Source: Schmidtea polychroa (taxonomy: Eukaryota). From it: DNA of 64,000 bases. Both the position numbers and the translations under genes were made by a program. Location: positions 31,808,001 through 31,872,000 of the forward strand of contig CM097885.1 of assembly GCA_044892525.1 (NCBI GenBank), given 5' to 3'. This document shows, piece by piece, positions 13,674-25,945 of the stretch; the stretch's first letter is position 1; each line of letters starts with the position of its first letter. The notes under the pieces were generated by a model. The model was not told where the DNA came from, ran no database searches, and worked only from the letters and a program-made list of their open reading frames with translations.

Positions 13674-13724
<51 letters not shown>

Positions 13725-14040
13725 GTTTAATGGGTTGTATATGTGTGTAAAAAATATTTGAGGTTTTCACTAATATTGATAATAATAATGGTTTATGAGT
13801 GTTTTTATGTTTTTGACTAATATTTGCAATAATAATAATGGTTAATGGGTTGTGTGTGTGTGTGTGTAGAAAATATTTTAGGTTTTCACTAATATTGATA
13901 ATAATAATTGTTAATGGGTTGTGTGTGTGTGTAAAAAAAAATTTTAAGTTTTTGACTAGTATTTGCAATAATAATAATATTGATAATAATAATTGTTAAT
14001 TGGTTGTGTGTGTGTTTTTATGTTTTTGACTAATATTTGC

Positions 14041-14127
<87 letters not shown>

Positions 14128-14240
14128 GTTTAATGGGTTGTATATGTGTGTAGAAGATATTTTAGGTTTTCACTAATATTGATACAAATAACTGTTAATG
14201 GGTCGTGTGTGTGTGTGTAAACCATATTTTAGATTTTTTG

Positions 14241-14330
<90 letters not shown>

Positions 14331-14695
14331 TGAAATTGTATTTGAAAATAATTTGCGACATGTTGATTGTGAGCAGTACCTTTGTGACCATTACCCTTAG
14401 GGGGACAGAATATCTTGTCGGATAGACTAGGAGTATATATAATAATAATCATAATAATAATATTAATAATCATAATAATATTGATTAAAACTTTGAAAAT
14501 AATTCTTTGAAAATAATACTTTGAACAATATTTGATGTAAAAGTTCCTGAAATAATCATGAAAATGTTGAAAATCGTGAAAATATTGAAAATGTAGAAAA
14601 TTATGAAAATATTGATAATTATTAAAAAATGCAAATGATGAAAATGTTGAAAATCATGAAATTGATTTAGAAATTAAGTTTTATGAATAATTGCA

Positions 14696-14760
<65 letters not shown>
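14041..14760. repeat. (AAT)n microsatellite tracts (14041-14125, 14240-14327, 14696-14760; also ~12470-12513, 13660-13722, 19816-19920, 22990-23070)
   Basis: Direct inspection. Confidence 0.95.
14353..14445 (+). promoter_or_regulatory. Type copy of a recurrent dyad+TATA cassette (nine copies between 8741 and 22545)
   Basis: 15-bp-period units (agtacc(c/t)ttgtgacc) + GGGACAGAATATCTTGTCGGATAGACTAGGAGTATATATAA. The repeat is seen directly; regulatory function is inference. Confidence 0.4.
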
Positions 14761-14761
<1 letters not shown>

Positions 14762-14957
14762 TTTGAAAATAACATCTTCCACACGGGCGTTAATATTTTA
14801 AAAGAAAATATTGAAAATTAAAAAATAATAATATGTAATCAACGATTAAAACAAATTATATTATTACGTATTCGATAATTAAAACAAAAAATTATATAAT
14901 CAATGATTTAAACAAAATTAAATTATTATGTAATCGATAATTAAAACAAAATTATTA

Positions 14958-15845
14958 GTTCTAAAAATATTAGGCATCGTTCTAAAAATATTAGGCATCG
15001 TTCTAAAAATATGACGTAATCATTCTAAAATTAAGAGGCACCATTCTAAAAATAAGAGGCACCATTCTAAAAATATTAGGCATCGTTCTAAAAGTATGAC
15101 GTAATCGTTCTAAAAATATTAGGCATCGTTCTAAAATTATTACGTAATCATTCTAAAAAATATTAGGCATCGTTCTAAAAATATGATGTAATCATTCTAA
15201 AAATATTAGGCATCGTTCTAAAAATATTAGGCATCATTCTAAAAATATTACGCATCGATTACGTAATAGTTCTAACAATATTATGCATCGTTCTAAAAAT
15301 ATTAGGCATCGATTATGTAATAGTTCTGACAATATTAGGCATCGTTCTAAAAATATGACGTAATCAATCTAAAAATATTAGGCATCGTTCTAAAAATATT
15401 AGGCATCATTCTAAAATTAAGAGGCACCATTCTAAAAATAAGAGGCACCATTCTAAAAATATTAGGCATCGTTCTAAAAGTATGACTTAATCGTTCTAAA
15501 AATATTAGGCATCGTTCTAAAAATATTAGGCATCGTTCTAAAATTATTACGTAATCATTCTAAAAATATTAGGCATTGTTCTAAAAATATGACGTAATCA
15601 TTCTAAAAATATTAGGCATCGTTCTAAAAATATTAGGCATCATTCTAAAAATATTAGGCATCGATTACGTAATAGTTCTAACAATATTGGGCATCGTTCT
15701 AAAAATATGACGTAATCAATCTAAAAATATTAGGCATCGTTCTAAAAATATTAGGCATCATTCTAAAAATATTAGGCATCGTTCTAAAAATATTAGGCAT
15801 CGTTCTAAAAATATAATGAGTCATTGTCTTTGTTCTAAAAATGTG
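14958..15845. repeat. 21-bp minisatellite (consensus GTTCTAAAAATATTAGGCATC), also at 12853-13185 and 16207-16367
   Basis: Dozens of head-to-tail copies with interspersed variants (atgacgtaatc, gattacgtaata). Confidence 0.95.
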
Positions 15846-16434
15846 ATGAGTCATCGTATGATAAAAATCTATATCTCATTAGAAAGTTCTTGCACAGAGC
15901 TTTAAAATAAGCTATCGATCAATATAATATGTTGGCGGGAACATTAATCTTTGGGATGAAAAAAAGTGTGAGCCCGCTGGGCCAATTAATAATATTTTGA
16001 CAAATAATAATAATTTAACTTTGAAAAGATGGTGGTCATTAAATGTTAATAACATTAAAACTATTAAATATATATAAAATACCTATAGCACATCTTAAAG
16101 GTCCTGCACTGGGCTTTAAGATGAGGTATCGTCCAATAAAATCTGATGGCGGGAACATTAACTTTTGGGATGAAAAAAAGTGTGAGCCCGCTGGGCCACT
16201 AATAATATGGCATCGTTCTAAAAATATGTGGCGTCGATTACGTAATAGTTCTAAAAAATATGTGGCTTCATTCTAAAAATATGTGGCATCGATTACGTAA
16301 TAGTTCTAAAAATATTAGGCCTTGATTACGTAATAGTTCTAAAAATATGTGACATCGTTCTAAAATTTTTTTTCCGGGGGGGGGTATATGTGGCCGGGGG
16401 AGCTCCTGGTCTAGATGGCCCACATCCTACTACT

Positions 16435-17530
16435 CAGGTGGTGTATATAATTATTCGGAGAAATTGCTCCACCATGAATTGAAGCATTGTCATGAATGAG
16501 ACGGTATCCTGTCCCATTCAATTTTATACTTAATTCATTAATAAAATTTTGGTAGGTATCCTTTTTGTAGGATCCTACAATTAATTGGTGATGAATTGCA
16601 CCTTTCACACCTATTGCTAACAGAAATGACATGTTTTTTCCTCGATTATTTGAAACTATGGAGTATATTCTTTCTCCTTTTTTCTTCCTTCCGTAGGTTT
16701 GTGTAGTCCACGTATTGAAGCCGCATTCATCAATATAAACGAGATTTTTATCTCGCCAGACTTCTTCGAGAAAGCGTGTGACATACTCCATTCGGATTTG
16801 AAGTACGCGATCTGAATTTCTTGCTTCCACACATGGCCTTACCTTTTTAACCGTTATTAAGTGATTTTTTAGAAATCTTGAAATAGCAGTTGTGGATGCC
16901 GAGCAATTTTGTTGTAAAAGGAAAATTCGCATTTCTTCTAACGTTGCATAAAAATTGGCTTCGACAAAATCCAAAAAACTATTTCCCTGTTCTTCTGAAA
17001 TAATTTGTTTTCTGCCACTTCTTTTTCCTTTTGTAATTTCGGCATATTTCTTATATTTGTAAATTATTGAAATAATTGAATTTTTGGGGATTCCGAGCAA
17101 TCTTCCAAATTCTTTATAATTGTCCCCATTTTCAAATGCATTAATAAGCCGAATTTTGTCTATTTCTGTAATTCTTTGAAAATATTAATTTGTTAAAATA
17201 ATTTATTAAAATTTACGATTTGCGATTTTTTTTCTGCAAATTCGAAGTTGTCGAAGGACCTTCTTCAATATTTGAAATGGTACCTTCACGCAAAGAAATA
17301 TCTGTTATACTGTAAAATATTTTAATATTTTATATTTTAATGAATAAATCATACATTGTCAGATCTTCAACTTCGAAAAAAGCCACTGTGACCTGTGAAA
17401 TATCTGTAAATCTAAAGAAATTTTATATTCCAAATTATTTTATAATTAAATCTTACGATGTATCTTCTCTTTTTTCCCTAAAGCTCAACGTAGAGCAGTC
17501 GGAATCTGATTCAAAAGTTTTTTTGTACAT
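16435..17530 (-). pseudogene. Spliced Tc1/IS630-family DDE transposase, 3'-truncated by a Polinton-like end
   Basis: Exons 17530-17457, 17411-17355, 17309-17217 and 17173-16435 join in frame over GT-AG introns of 45, 45 and 43 nt. HTH region, GKRSGRK, LVYIDECGFN (D1) and LIHDNASIHG (D2) are present. The sequence breaks at YIHHL, just before the expected PPYSP..NPIE motif. Confidence 0.85.
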
Positions 17531-17574
17531 AATTTTTTAAATAATTTAAAAATATTGATATGTTAATTATATGT

Positions 17575-19814
17575 AGTAGGTAGATAGTGGCCCACTGCCG
17601 CAACCGCCCCCTCCCCCCCTTGCGGCAACTTTTGATTACGCAATTGTTCCACACTATAGTGAGAGGGTCTCGATTGATCCAGGGATTTTCAATACAAAAA
17701 AATTTTTTCAATACAAAAATCCGACTATCACTAAAAAAGCCAAGGATTTTTCAGACTATAGTGAGGGGGTCTCGATGGTCCTGGGATTTTCAATACAAAT
17801 AAAATTTTTTCAATAGAAAAAGGCGGTCTTCAATAAAAAAGCATGGATTATTCTGACTATAGTGAGGGGGTCTCGATGGTCCTGGGATTTTCAATAGAGA
17901 AAGGCGGTCTTCAATAAAAAAGCATGGATTTTTCGAATTAAATTAAGGTGGGTCTCCTTGGTCCTGAGAATTTCAATAGAAAAAGGTGGTCTACACTAAA
18001 AAACGTGGTAAATTTTTCAATTAAAGTAAATAATGGTCCTAAAAAATTAAATTACAGTAAATTATGGGTCAAAAAATTAAATTCAAGTAAATAATGGTCA
18101 AAATTTTTGAATCAAAGTAATGAATGGGCTCAAATAACTAAATTAAGGTTCAAATTTTTAAATTAAAGTAAATAATGGTTCAAATTTTTAATTAATGTAA
18201 ATCAATGTCCAAATTTTTGAATTAAAGTAAATAATGGTCCAAATTTTAAAATTAAGTAATCAAAGTAAAAAATTAAAATTAAAGTTAAATAAGTAAATTA
18301 AAGTAATAATTTTTTAAATAAGTAAATTAAAGTAAATTAAAGTAAGATTTTAAAATTTATTAACAAAAAGTTGAAATAATAGAAGGTGTTTGAGAATTGA
18401 AATTTTTTAATGAAAATTTTAATGAAATATTTTTCAATGGTAATTTTTAATGGAAATTTTTATGGAATAATTTTTTAAGTTAATTTTTAATGGAAATTTT
18501 TAAGAAATATTTTTCAATGATAATTTTAGATGGAAATTTTTAAGATAATTTTTAATGAAAATTTTTATGAAATATTTTTCAAAGACAAATTTTAATAATA
18601 ATTCAACAACAAACCAACAACTTAGTACCAACAACCAGTAACTTACGAACATGTATTTGCAACCAGTACCTACAACTAGATACTAACAACCAGTTACCAG
18701 ATACCAAGTACAAGATACCAAATAATAACAACCGACAATTACCAAGTACTAAGCCATGTCAATTAGATACCAAGTACTTACAACCAACATCAACCAGATA
18801 CCTACAACTAGTTACTAACAACCAACTACTTACAACTAGTTACTAACAACCAGTTACCTGCTACCAAGTACTTACAACAAGATACCAAGTACTAAGCACT
18901 GTCAAATAGATACAAAACACTTACAACTAGATACCACGTACTAACTAACTCTCAAACAACTAGTTACTAACAATCAGTTACCTGCTACCAAGTACTAACA
19001 ACCAAAAACAAGCAACCAACTAGGTACTAGATACCAAGTACTAACAACCTACAACAACTAAGTACTAAGCATTATCAACCAAGTACCTAAAACCACCTAA
19101 CAAATACATACAACCAAGCATTAATTACCAACTACTAAGTACCTACCAAGTACATACAACCAACATCAACCAGATACCTACAACTAGATACTAACAACCA
19201 GTTACCAAGTACCTACAACCACCTACCCATTAACTAGCTACAACCAGCTAACAACTAGCTACCAACTACCAAGTACTAACAACCAACAACCAGCTAACAA
19301 CTAACTACCAGATACCAACTACTTACAACCAACAACTAAGTACTAACAACCAGCTAACAACTAGATACCTAGTACTAAGCATTGTCAACTAGATACCAAC
19401 CAGATGACCACATGAAATTATTGGTTAAATAAGTAAATTAATATTTAATTTTTAAATTAACTAATCAATGGTCTAAAATATTAAAGTCAATTTAAGATGA
19501 AAGTTTTCTGGAATTTTCAATGTTAATTTTAGATGCAAATCTTCGTCAATTAATCAATGACCACATGAAATTATTAGTTAAATATGAAAATAAGGATTAT
19601 ATTTAGTTGTTAAATTAAGAAATAAAGGATAAATAGGTAAATTAAGGATAAGTAAATTAAAGAAAACAATGGTTTAAATTTTTAATTAAAGCTAAATGAG
19701 TAAATTAAAGTAATGTAATAAGTAAATTAAACTAAGATTTTTAAATTTATTATCAAAAGATTGAATAACCACCAACTTTTTTGAGAAATGTAATTTTTAA
19801 TGAAAATTTAAATG

Positions 19815-19878
<64 letters not shown>

Positions 19879-20632
19879 TATAATAATAATAATAAAATTA
19901 ATAATAATTATAATAATAATTAAACATTTACCAACAATCGATTACTAAATATTTTTAACTAGGTGCTAACAAATAAGTACCAAATACTTACAACTAGATA
20001 CCAAGTACTAACTAACTCTCAAACAACCACATACTTACAACTAACTACTTACAATCAACTAAATATTCTTTATTATATTTTATGAAATGTATTTTTTAAA
20101 ATTAATTTTTTATCTATCTTCAAAAATATATTTAATTACAATCAGTAGAAAAACCTTTTCAAAATGTCTAAATTTAGCAAAAATGTTGATTTTCATCAAA
20201 AAACCACAACTTAACCACTTTTAAACATCACGTGAAATTCAAAATAATTTAAATTACAATGAAAGACTAATGAATTCTAATTTACAAAACATTCTTCTTT
20301 TAAATGATAACTACTGAATTATTATGACAAAGTAAAAATCACATTCAATAAATACTTATTGTTGATCAGTTTTATTATATATACTCTGAGTTTATCCGAC
20401 AGGATGTTTTGACGCCCCTAAGGGTACACGTCGTAAGGGTATTAGTCGTAAGGGTACTGGTCGTAAGGATATTGCTAACTCTCAACCCCCACCTACCCAT
20501 TAACTACCTAACAAGTACTAACAACCAAGTCTCAAACAACTAAATACTAAACACTTACAATCAACTAACAACCAGGTACTAAGCATTATCAACCTACAAC
20601 TATATAACAACAATCAGTAAACAACACTGGAC
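17575..20632 (+). repeat. Left arm (3058 bp) of the giant inverted repeat
   Basis: Reverse complement of 22278-25945, apart from scattered substitutions and repeat-copy differences. Confidence 0.95.
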
Positions 20633-22277
20633 CAACTACCAAATACAAGATACCAACAACTTAGTACCAACAATCAACTAACAACACATAAAAATAATAG
20701 CAATTAAATACAAAATACTCTTCATCACATACACTATCTTCTTATCAAAATCTAAAAAGTCAACCAACTACTTACAACCAACAACTATGTACTGACAAAT
20801 AGATCTTTAAAAGAAAATACTCATCACTTGAAAAATTGGATGAAAAATTAATTGAACTCAAAACATCAATAACTTGATAAAAATTGATTAAATAATTGTA
20901 AAAATTTAAATTATTCAAAATATACCAAATAATTATTATAAAAATTAAATTAATGGACAAGAAAAAATTCTAGTCATTAATCATCCAGTAAATAAAAAAA
21001 ATATTGATCATTCAAGTTAATATGAATCAACTAAGATAATAAATTAATAAAAATTTTGAAATAAGATCTAGTAGATAATTGATTTAGATTGAATAAATTA
21101 ATTAAAATAAAATTAATTTTAAGTATTTTTTTTAAAGTAATACATGTACTCAAATTGATTGACTGATTTCTCAATATATTCAAAAAATCAGTATAAATTC
21201 ATTACAATTATCAAAGTCAGCAATCTACAATAAAAATAATTATCATTAAATTCCAAAAGAGACTAGTTAGTTAATGATAACATCTAATAAACCAGTAAAT
21301 TCATTTAAATGACAATAATTGGTATATCCAAGTGTATTCTCCAATAAAAACATCTAAAAAGAATCATTTCCCCCAAAATATATCAATATTTAAAGATTGG
21401 TATCTTATCGATAAGTACTTGTTAAAGATCATATATTCCCCTCAAACTAACAAGATTCCTTAAAATCCCTTAAATGACTATATTTCTACCCTTAATCCAT
21501 ATTATTACAAATATCATCAAAAAAGCATCAAATTTCCCTGAAATAACTCTATCTTTAAAGATTAGTATTTTATCGATAAATATCCTTAAAAGGTTATATA
21601 TTTACCTGACTAACAAGATTCCTTAAAATCTCTTAAATGACTATATTTCAACCCTTAATTCGTATTATTACAAATATCATCTAAAAAGCATCAAATTTCC
21701 CTGAAATAACTCTATCCTTAAAGATTGATATTTTAATGATAAGTACCCTTAAAAGATCATATATTCCCCTCAGACTAATAAGATTCCTTAAAATCCCCTT
21801 TAAATGACTATAATTCTAACTTTAATTCGTATTATCACGAATATTTCCCTATAAAACATGTATAGGGACAGAATATTTTGTCGGATAAACTCCGAGTATA
21901 TATAATAAAACTCATTCAAATTTATCATTGAATCAGTAAAATTATCATAAATTTCGATAAAAATTCTAAAGTGGTAAGCAATGAAAAGAGAAATATTCTT
22001 TAAACTTTGATAAAATTAACAATGAAGGTGGTAAGAATCTTCATTAAAGTGAGGAAATTATTCATTACTCGATGATAAATTCAAATGGGTGAAAATAATT
22101 GGTAGAATAATTCATTAATGGATCATTGAATCGGCATAGATAAGAAGAAGGTTGATAAAAATGGAAATATATTAATTGAATTTATTTAAAAATAATTCAT
22201 AAAATTCATAAATTTAATAAAAAAATCTTAAAAGAAATATTTGTGGGGAATAATTAATCAAAATCAGCGGAATATCA

Positions 22278-23031
22278 GTCCAGTGTTGTTTACTGATTGT
22301 TGTTATATAGTTGTAGGTTGATAATGCTTAGTACCTGGTTGTTAGTTGATTGTAAGTGTTTAGTATTTAGTTGTTTGAGACTTGGTTGTTAGTACTTGTT
22401 AGGTAGTTAATGGGTAAGTGGGGGTTGAGAGTTAGCAATATCCTTACGACCAGTACCCTTACGACTAATACCCTTACGACGTGTACCCTTAGGGGCGTCA
22501 AAACATCCTATCGGATAAACTCAGAGTATATATAATAAAACTGATCAACAATAAGTATTTATTGAATGTGATTTTTACTTTGTCATAATAATTCAGTAGT
22601 TATCATTTAAAAGAAGAATGTTTTGTAAATTAGAATTCATTAGTCTTTCATTGTAATTTAAATTATTTTGAATTTCACGTGATGTTTTAAAGTGGTTAAG
22701 TTGTGGTTTTTTGATGAGAATCAACATTTTTGCTAAATTTAGACATTTTGAAAAGGTTTTTCTACTGATTGTAATTAAATATATTTTTGAAGATAGATAA
22801 AAAATTAATTTTAAAAAATACATTTCATAAAATATAATAAAGAATATTTAGTTGATTGTAAGTAGTTAGTTGTAAGTATGTGGTTGTTTGAGAGTTAGTT
22901 AGTACTTGGTATCTAGTTGTAAGTATTTGGTACTTATTTGTTAGCACCTAGTTAAAAATATTTAGTAACCGATTGTTGGTAAATGTTTAATTATTATTAT
23001 AATTATTATTAATTTTATTATTATTATTATA

Positions 23032-23071
<40 letters not shown>

Positions 23072-25945
23072 CATTTAAATTTTCATTAAAAATTACATTT
23101 CTCAAAAAAGTTGGTGGTTATTCAATCTTTTGATAATAAATTTTAAAATCTTAGTTTAATTTACTTATTACATTACTTTAATTTACTCATTTAGCTTTAA
23201 TTAAAAATTTAAACCATTGTTTTCTTTAATTTACTTATCCTTAATTTACCTATTTATCCTTTATTTCTTAATTTAACAACTAAATATAATCCTTATTTTC
23301 ATATTTAACTAATAATTTCATGTGGTCATTGATTAATTGACGAAGATTTGCATCTAAAATTAACATTGAAAATCCCAGAAAACTTTCATCTTAAATTGAC
23401 TTTAATATTTTAGACCATTGATTAGTTAATTTAAAAATTAAATATTAATTTACTTATTTAACCAATAATTTCATGTGGTCATCTGGTTGGTATCTAGTTG
23501 ACAATGCTTAGTACTAGGTATCTAGTTGTTAGCTGGTTGTTAGTACTTAGTTGTTGGTTGTAAGTAGTTGGTATCTGGTAGTTAGTTGTTAGCTGGTTGT
23601 TGGTTGTTAGTACTTGGTAGTTGGTAGCTAGTTGTTAGCTGGTTGTAGCTAGTTAATGGGTAGGTGGTTGTAGGTACTTGGTAACTGGTTGTTAGTATCT
23701 AGTTGTAGGTATCTGGTTGATGTTGGTTGTATGTACTTGGTAGGTACTTAGTAGTTGGTAATTAATGCTTGGTTGTATGTACTTGTTAGGTGGTTTTAGG
23801 TACTTGGTTGATAATGCTTAGTACTTAGTTGTTGTAGGTTGTTAGTACTTGGTATCTAGTACCTAGTTGGTTGCTTGTTTTTGGTTGTTAGTACTTGGTA
23901 GCAGGTAACTGATTGTTAGTAACTAGTTGTTTGAGAGTTAGTTAGTACGTGGTATCTAGTTGTAAGTGTTTTGTATCTATTTGACAGTGCTTAGTACTTG
24001 GTATCTTGTTGTAAGTACTTGGTAGCAGGTAACTGGTTGTTAGTAACTAGTTGTAAGTAGTTGGTTGTTAGTAACTAGTTGTAGGTATCTGGTTGATGTT
24101 GGTTGTAAGTACTTGGTATCTAATTGACATGGCTTAGTACTTGGTAATTGTCGGTTGTTATTATTTGGTATCTTGTACTTGGTATCTGGTAACTGGTTGT
24201 TAGTATCTAGTTGTAGGTACTGGTTGCAAATACATGTTCGTAAGTTACTGGTTGTTGGTACTAAGTTGTTGGTTTGTTGTTGAATTATTATTAAAATTTG
24301 TCTTTGAAAAATATTTCATAAAAATTTTCATTAAAAATTATCTTAAAAATTTCCATCTAAAATTATCATTGAAAAATATTTCTTAAAAATTTCCATTAAA
24401 AATTAACTTAAAAAATTATTCCATAAAAATTTCCATTAAAAATTACCATTGAAAAATATTTCATTAAAATTTTCATTAAAAAATTTCAATTCTCAAACAC
24501 CTTCTATTATTTCAACTTTTTGTTAATAAATTTTAAAATCTTACTTTAATTTACTTTAATTTACTTATTTAAAAAATTATTACTTTAATTTACTTATTTA
24601 ACTTTAATTTTAATTTTTTACTTTGATTACTTAATTTTAAAATTTGGACCATTATTTACTTTAATTCAAAAATTTGGACATTGATTTACATTAATTAAAA
24701 ATTTGGACCATTATTTACTTTAATTCAAAAATTTGGACATTGATTTACATTAATTAAAAATTTGAACGATTATTTACTTTAATTTAAAAATTTGAACCTT
24801 AATTTAGTTATTTGTGCCCATTCATTACTTTAATTTAAAAATTTGAACCTTAATTTAGTTATTTGAGCCCACTTTAATTCAAAAATTTTGACCATTATTT
24901 ACTTTAATTTAATTTTTTAGGACCATTATTTACTTTAATTGAAAAATTTACCACGTTTTTTAGTGTAGACCACCTTTTTCTATTGAAATTCTCAGGACCA
25001 AGGAGACCCACCTTAATTTAATTCGAAAAATCCATGCTTTTTTATTGATAGTCGGATTTTTGTATTGAAAATATCCTGAGACGTTAAATTACCATGCTTT
25101 TTTATTGAAGACCGCCTTTCTCTATTGAAAATCCCAGGACCATCGAGACCCCCTCACTATAGTCAGAATAATCCATGCTTTTTTATTGAAGACCGCCTTT
25201 TTCTATTGAAAAAATTTTATTTGTATTGAAAATCCCAGGACCATCGAGACCCCCTTACTATAGTCTGAAAAATCCTTGGCTTTTGTAGTGGTAGTCGGAT
25301 TTTTGTATTGAAAAATATTTTTTGTATTGAAAATCCCTGGATCAATCGAGACCCTGTCACTATAGTGTGAATTATCCATGCTTTTTAGTGGTAGTCGGAT
25401 TTTTGTATTGAAAAAAATTTTTTTGTATTGAAAATCCCAGGACCATCGAGACCCCCTCACTATAGTCTGAAAAATCCTTGGCTTTTTTAGTGGTAGTCAG
25501 ATTTTTGTATTGAAGAAATTTTTTTGTATTGAAAATCCCAGGACCATCGAGACCCCCTCACTATAGTCTGAAAAATCCTTGGCTTTTTTAGTGGTAGTCA
25601 GATTTTTGTATTGAAGAAATTTTTTTGTATTGAAAATCCCTGGATCAATCGAGACCCTCTCACTATAGTGTGAATAATCCATGCTTTTTAGTGGTAGTCG
25701 GATTTTTGTATTGAAAAAAATTTTTTTGTATTGAAAATCCCAGGACCATCGTTTTTGTATTGAAAATTTTTTTTTGTATTGAAAATCCCAGGACCATCGT
25801 TTTTGTATTGAAAAAAATTTTTTGTATTGAAAATCCCAGGACCATCGAGACCCCCTCACTATAGTGTGGAACAATTGCGTAATCAAAAGTTGCCGCAAGG
25901 GGAGGGGGGGGGGGGGTTGCGGCAGTGGGCCACTATCTACCTACT
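22278..25945 (-). repeat. Right arm (3668 bp) of the giant inverted repeat
   Basis: Mirror of the left arm, with extra copies of a ~120-bp subterminal unit at ~25040-25860. Confidence 0.95.

Larger units (their letters stand above)
13478..16434. mobile_element. Polinton/Maverick-like right terminus, copy B, abutting the Tc1-like gene
   Basis: 14770-14960 is nearly identical to 12640-12860. It has a longer 21-bp array and the same ...GGCCCACATCCTACTACT end at 16434. Confidence 0.7.
17575..25945. mobile_element. 8371-bp non-autonomous foldback element with Polinton/Maverick-type termini
   Basis: Ends AGTAGGTAGATAGTGGCCCACTGCCGC...GCGGCAGTGGGCCACTATCTACCTACT. 6-bp TSD ATATGT at 17569-17574 and 25946-25951. 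Arms 17575-20632 and 22278-25945; spacer 20633-22277. No credible ORF. Confidence 0.9.

Noticed and set aside
12343..14473. ORFs with poly-L/I/N/Y tracts and the repeated peptide LSDKIFCPP
   Set aside because: These are translations of (AAT)n tracts and of the reverse strand of the DNA cassette; there is no consistent start or length.
14958..16367. CRISPR-like appearance of the regularly spaced GTTCTAAAAA repeats
   Set aside because: The intervening sequences are themselves repeated variants, not unique spacers. There are no cas genes and the context is eukaryotic. It is a subterminal minisatellite.
17575..25945. Giant palindrome as a sequencing or assembly fold-back artefact
   Set aside because: It has a unique 1.6-kb spacer, arm-specific substitutions and copy numbers, different outer flanks, and an exact 6-bp TSD.
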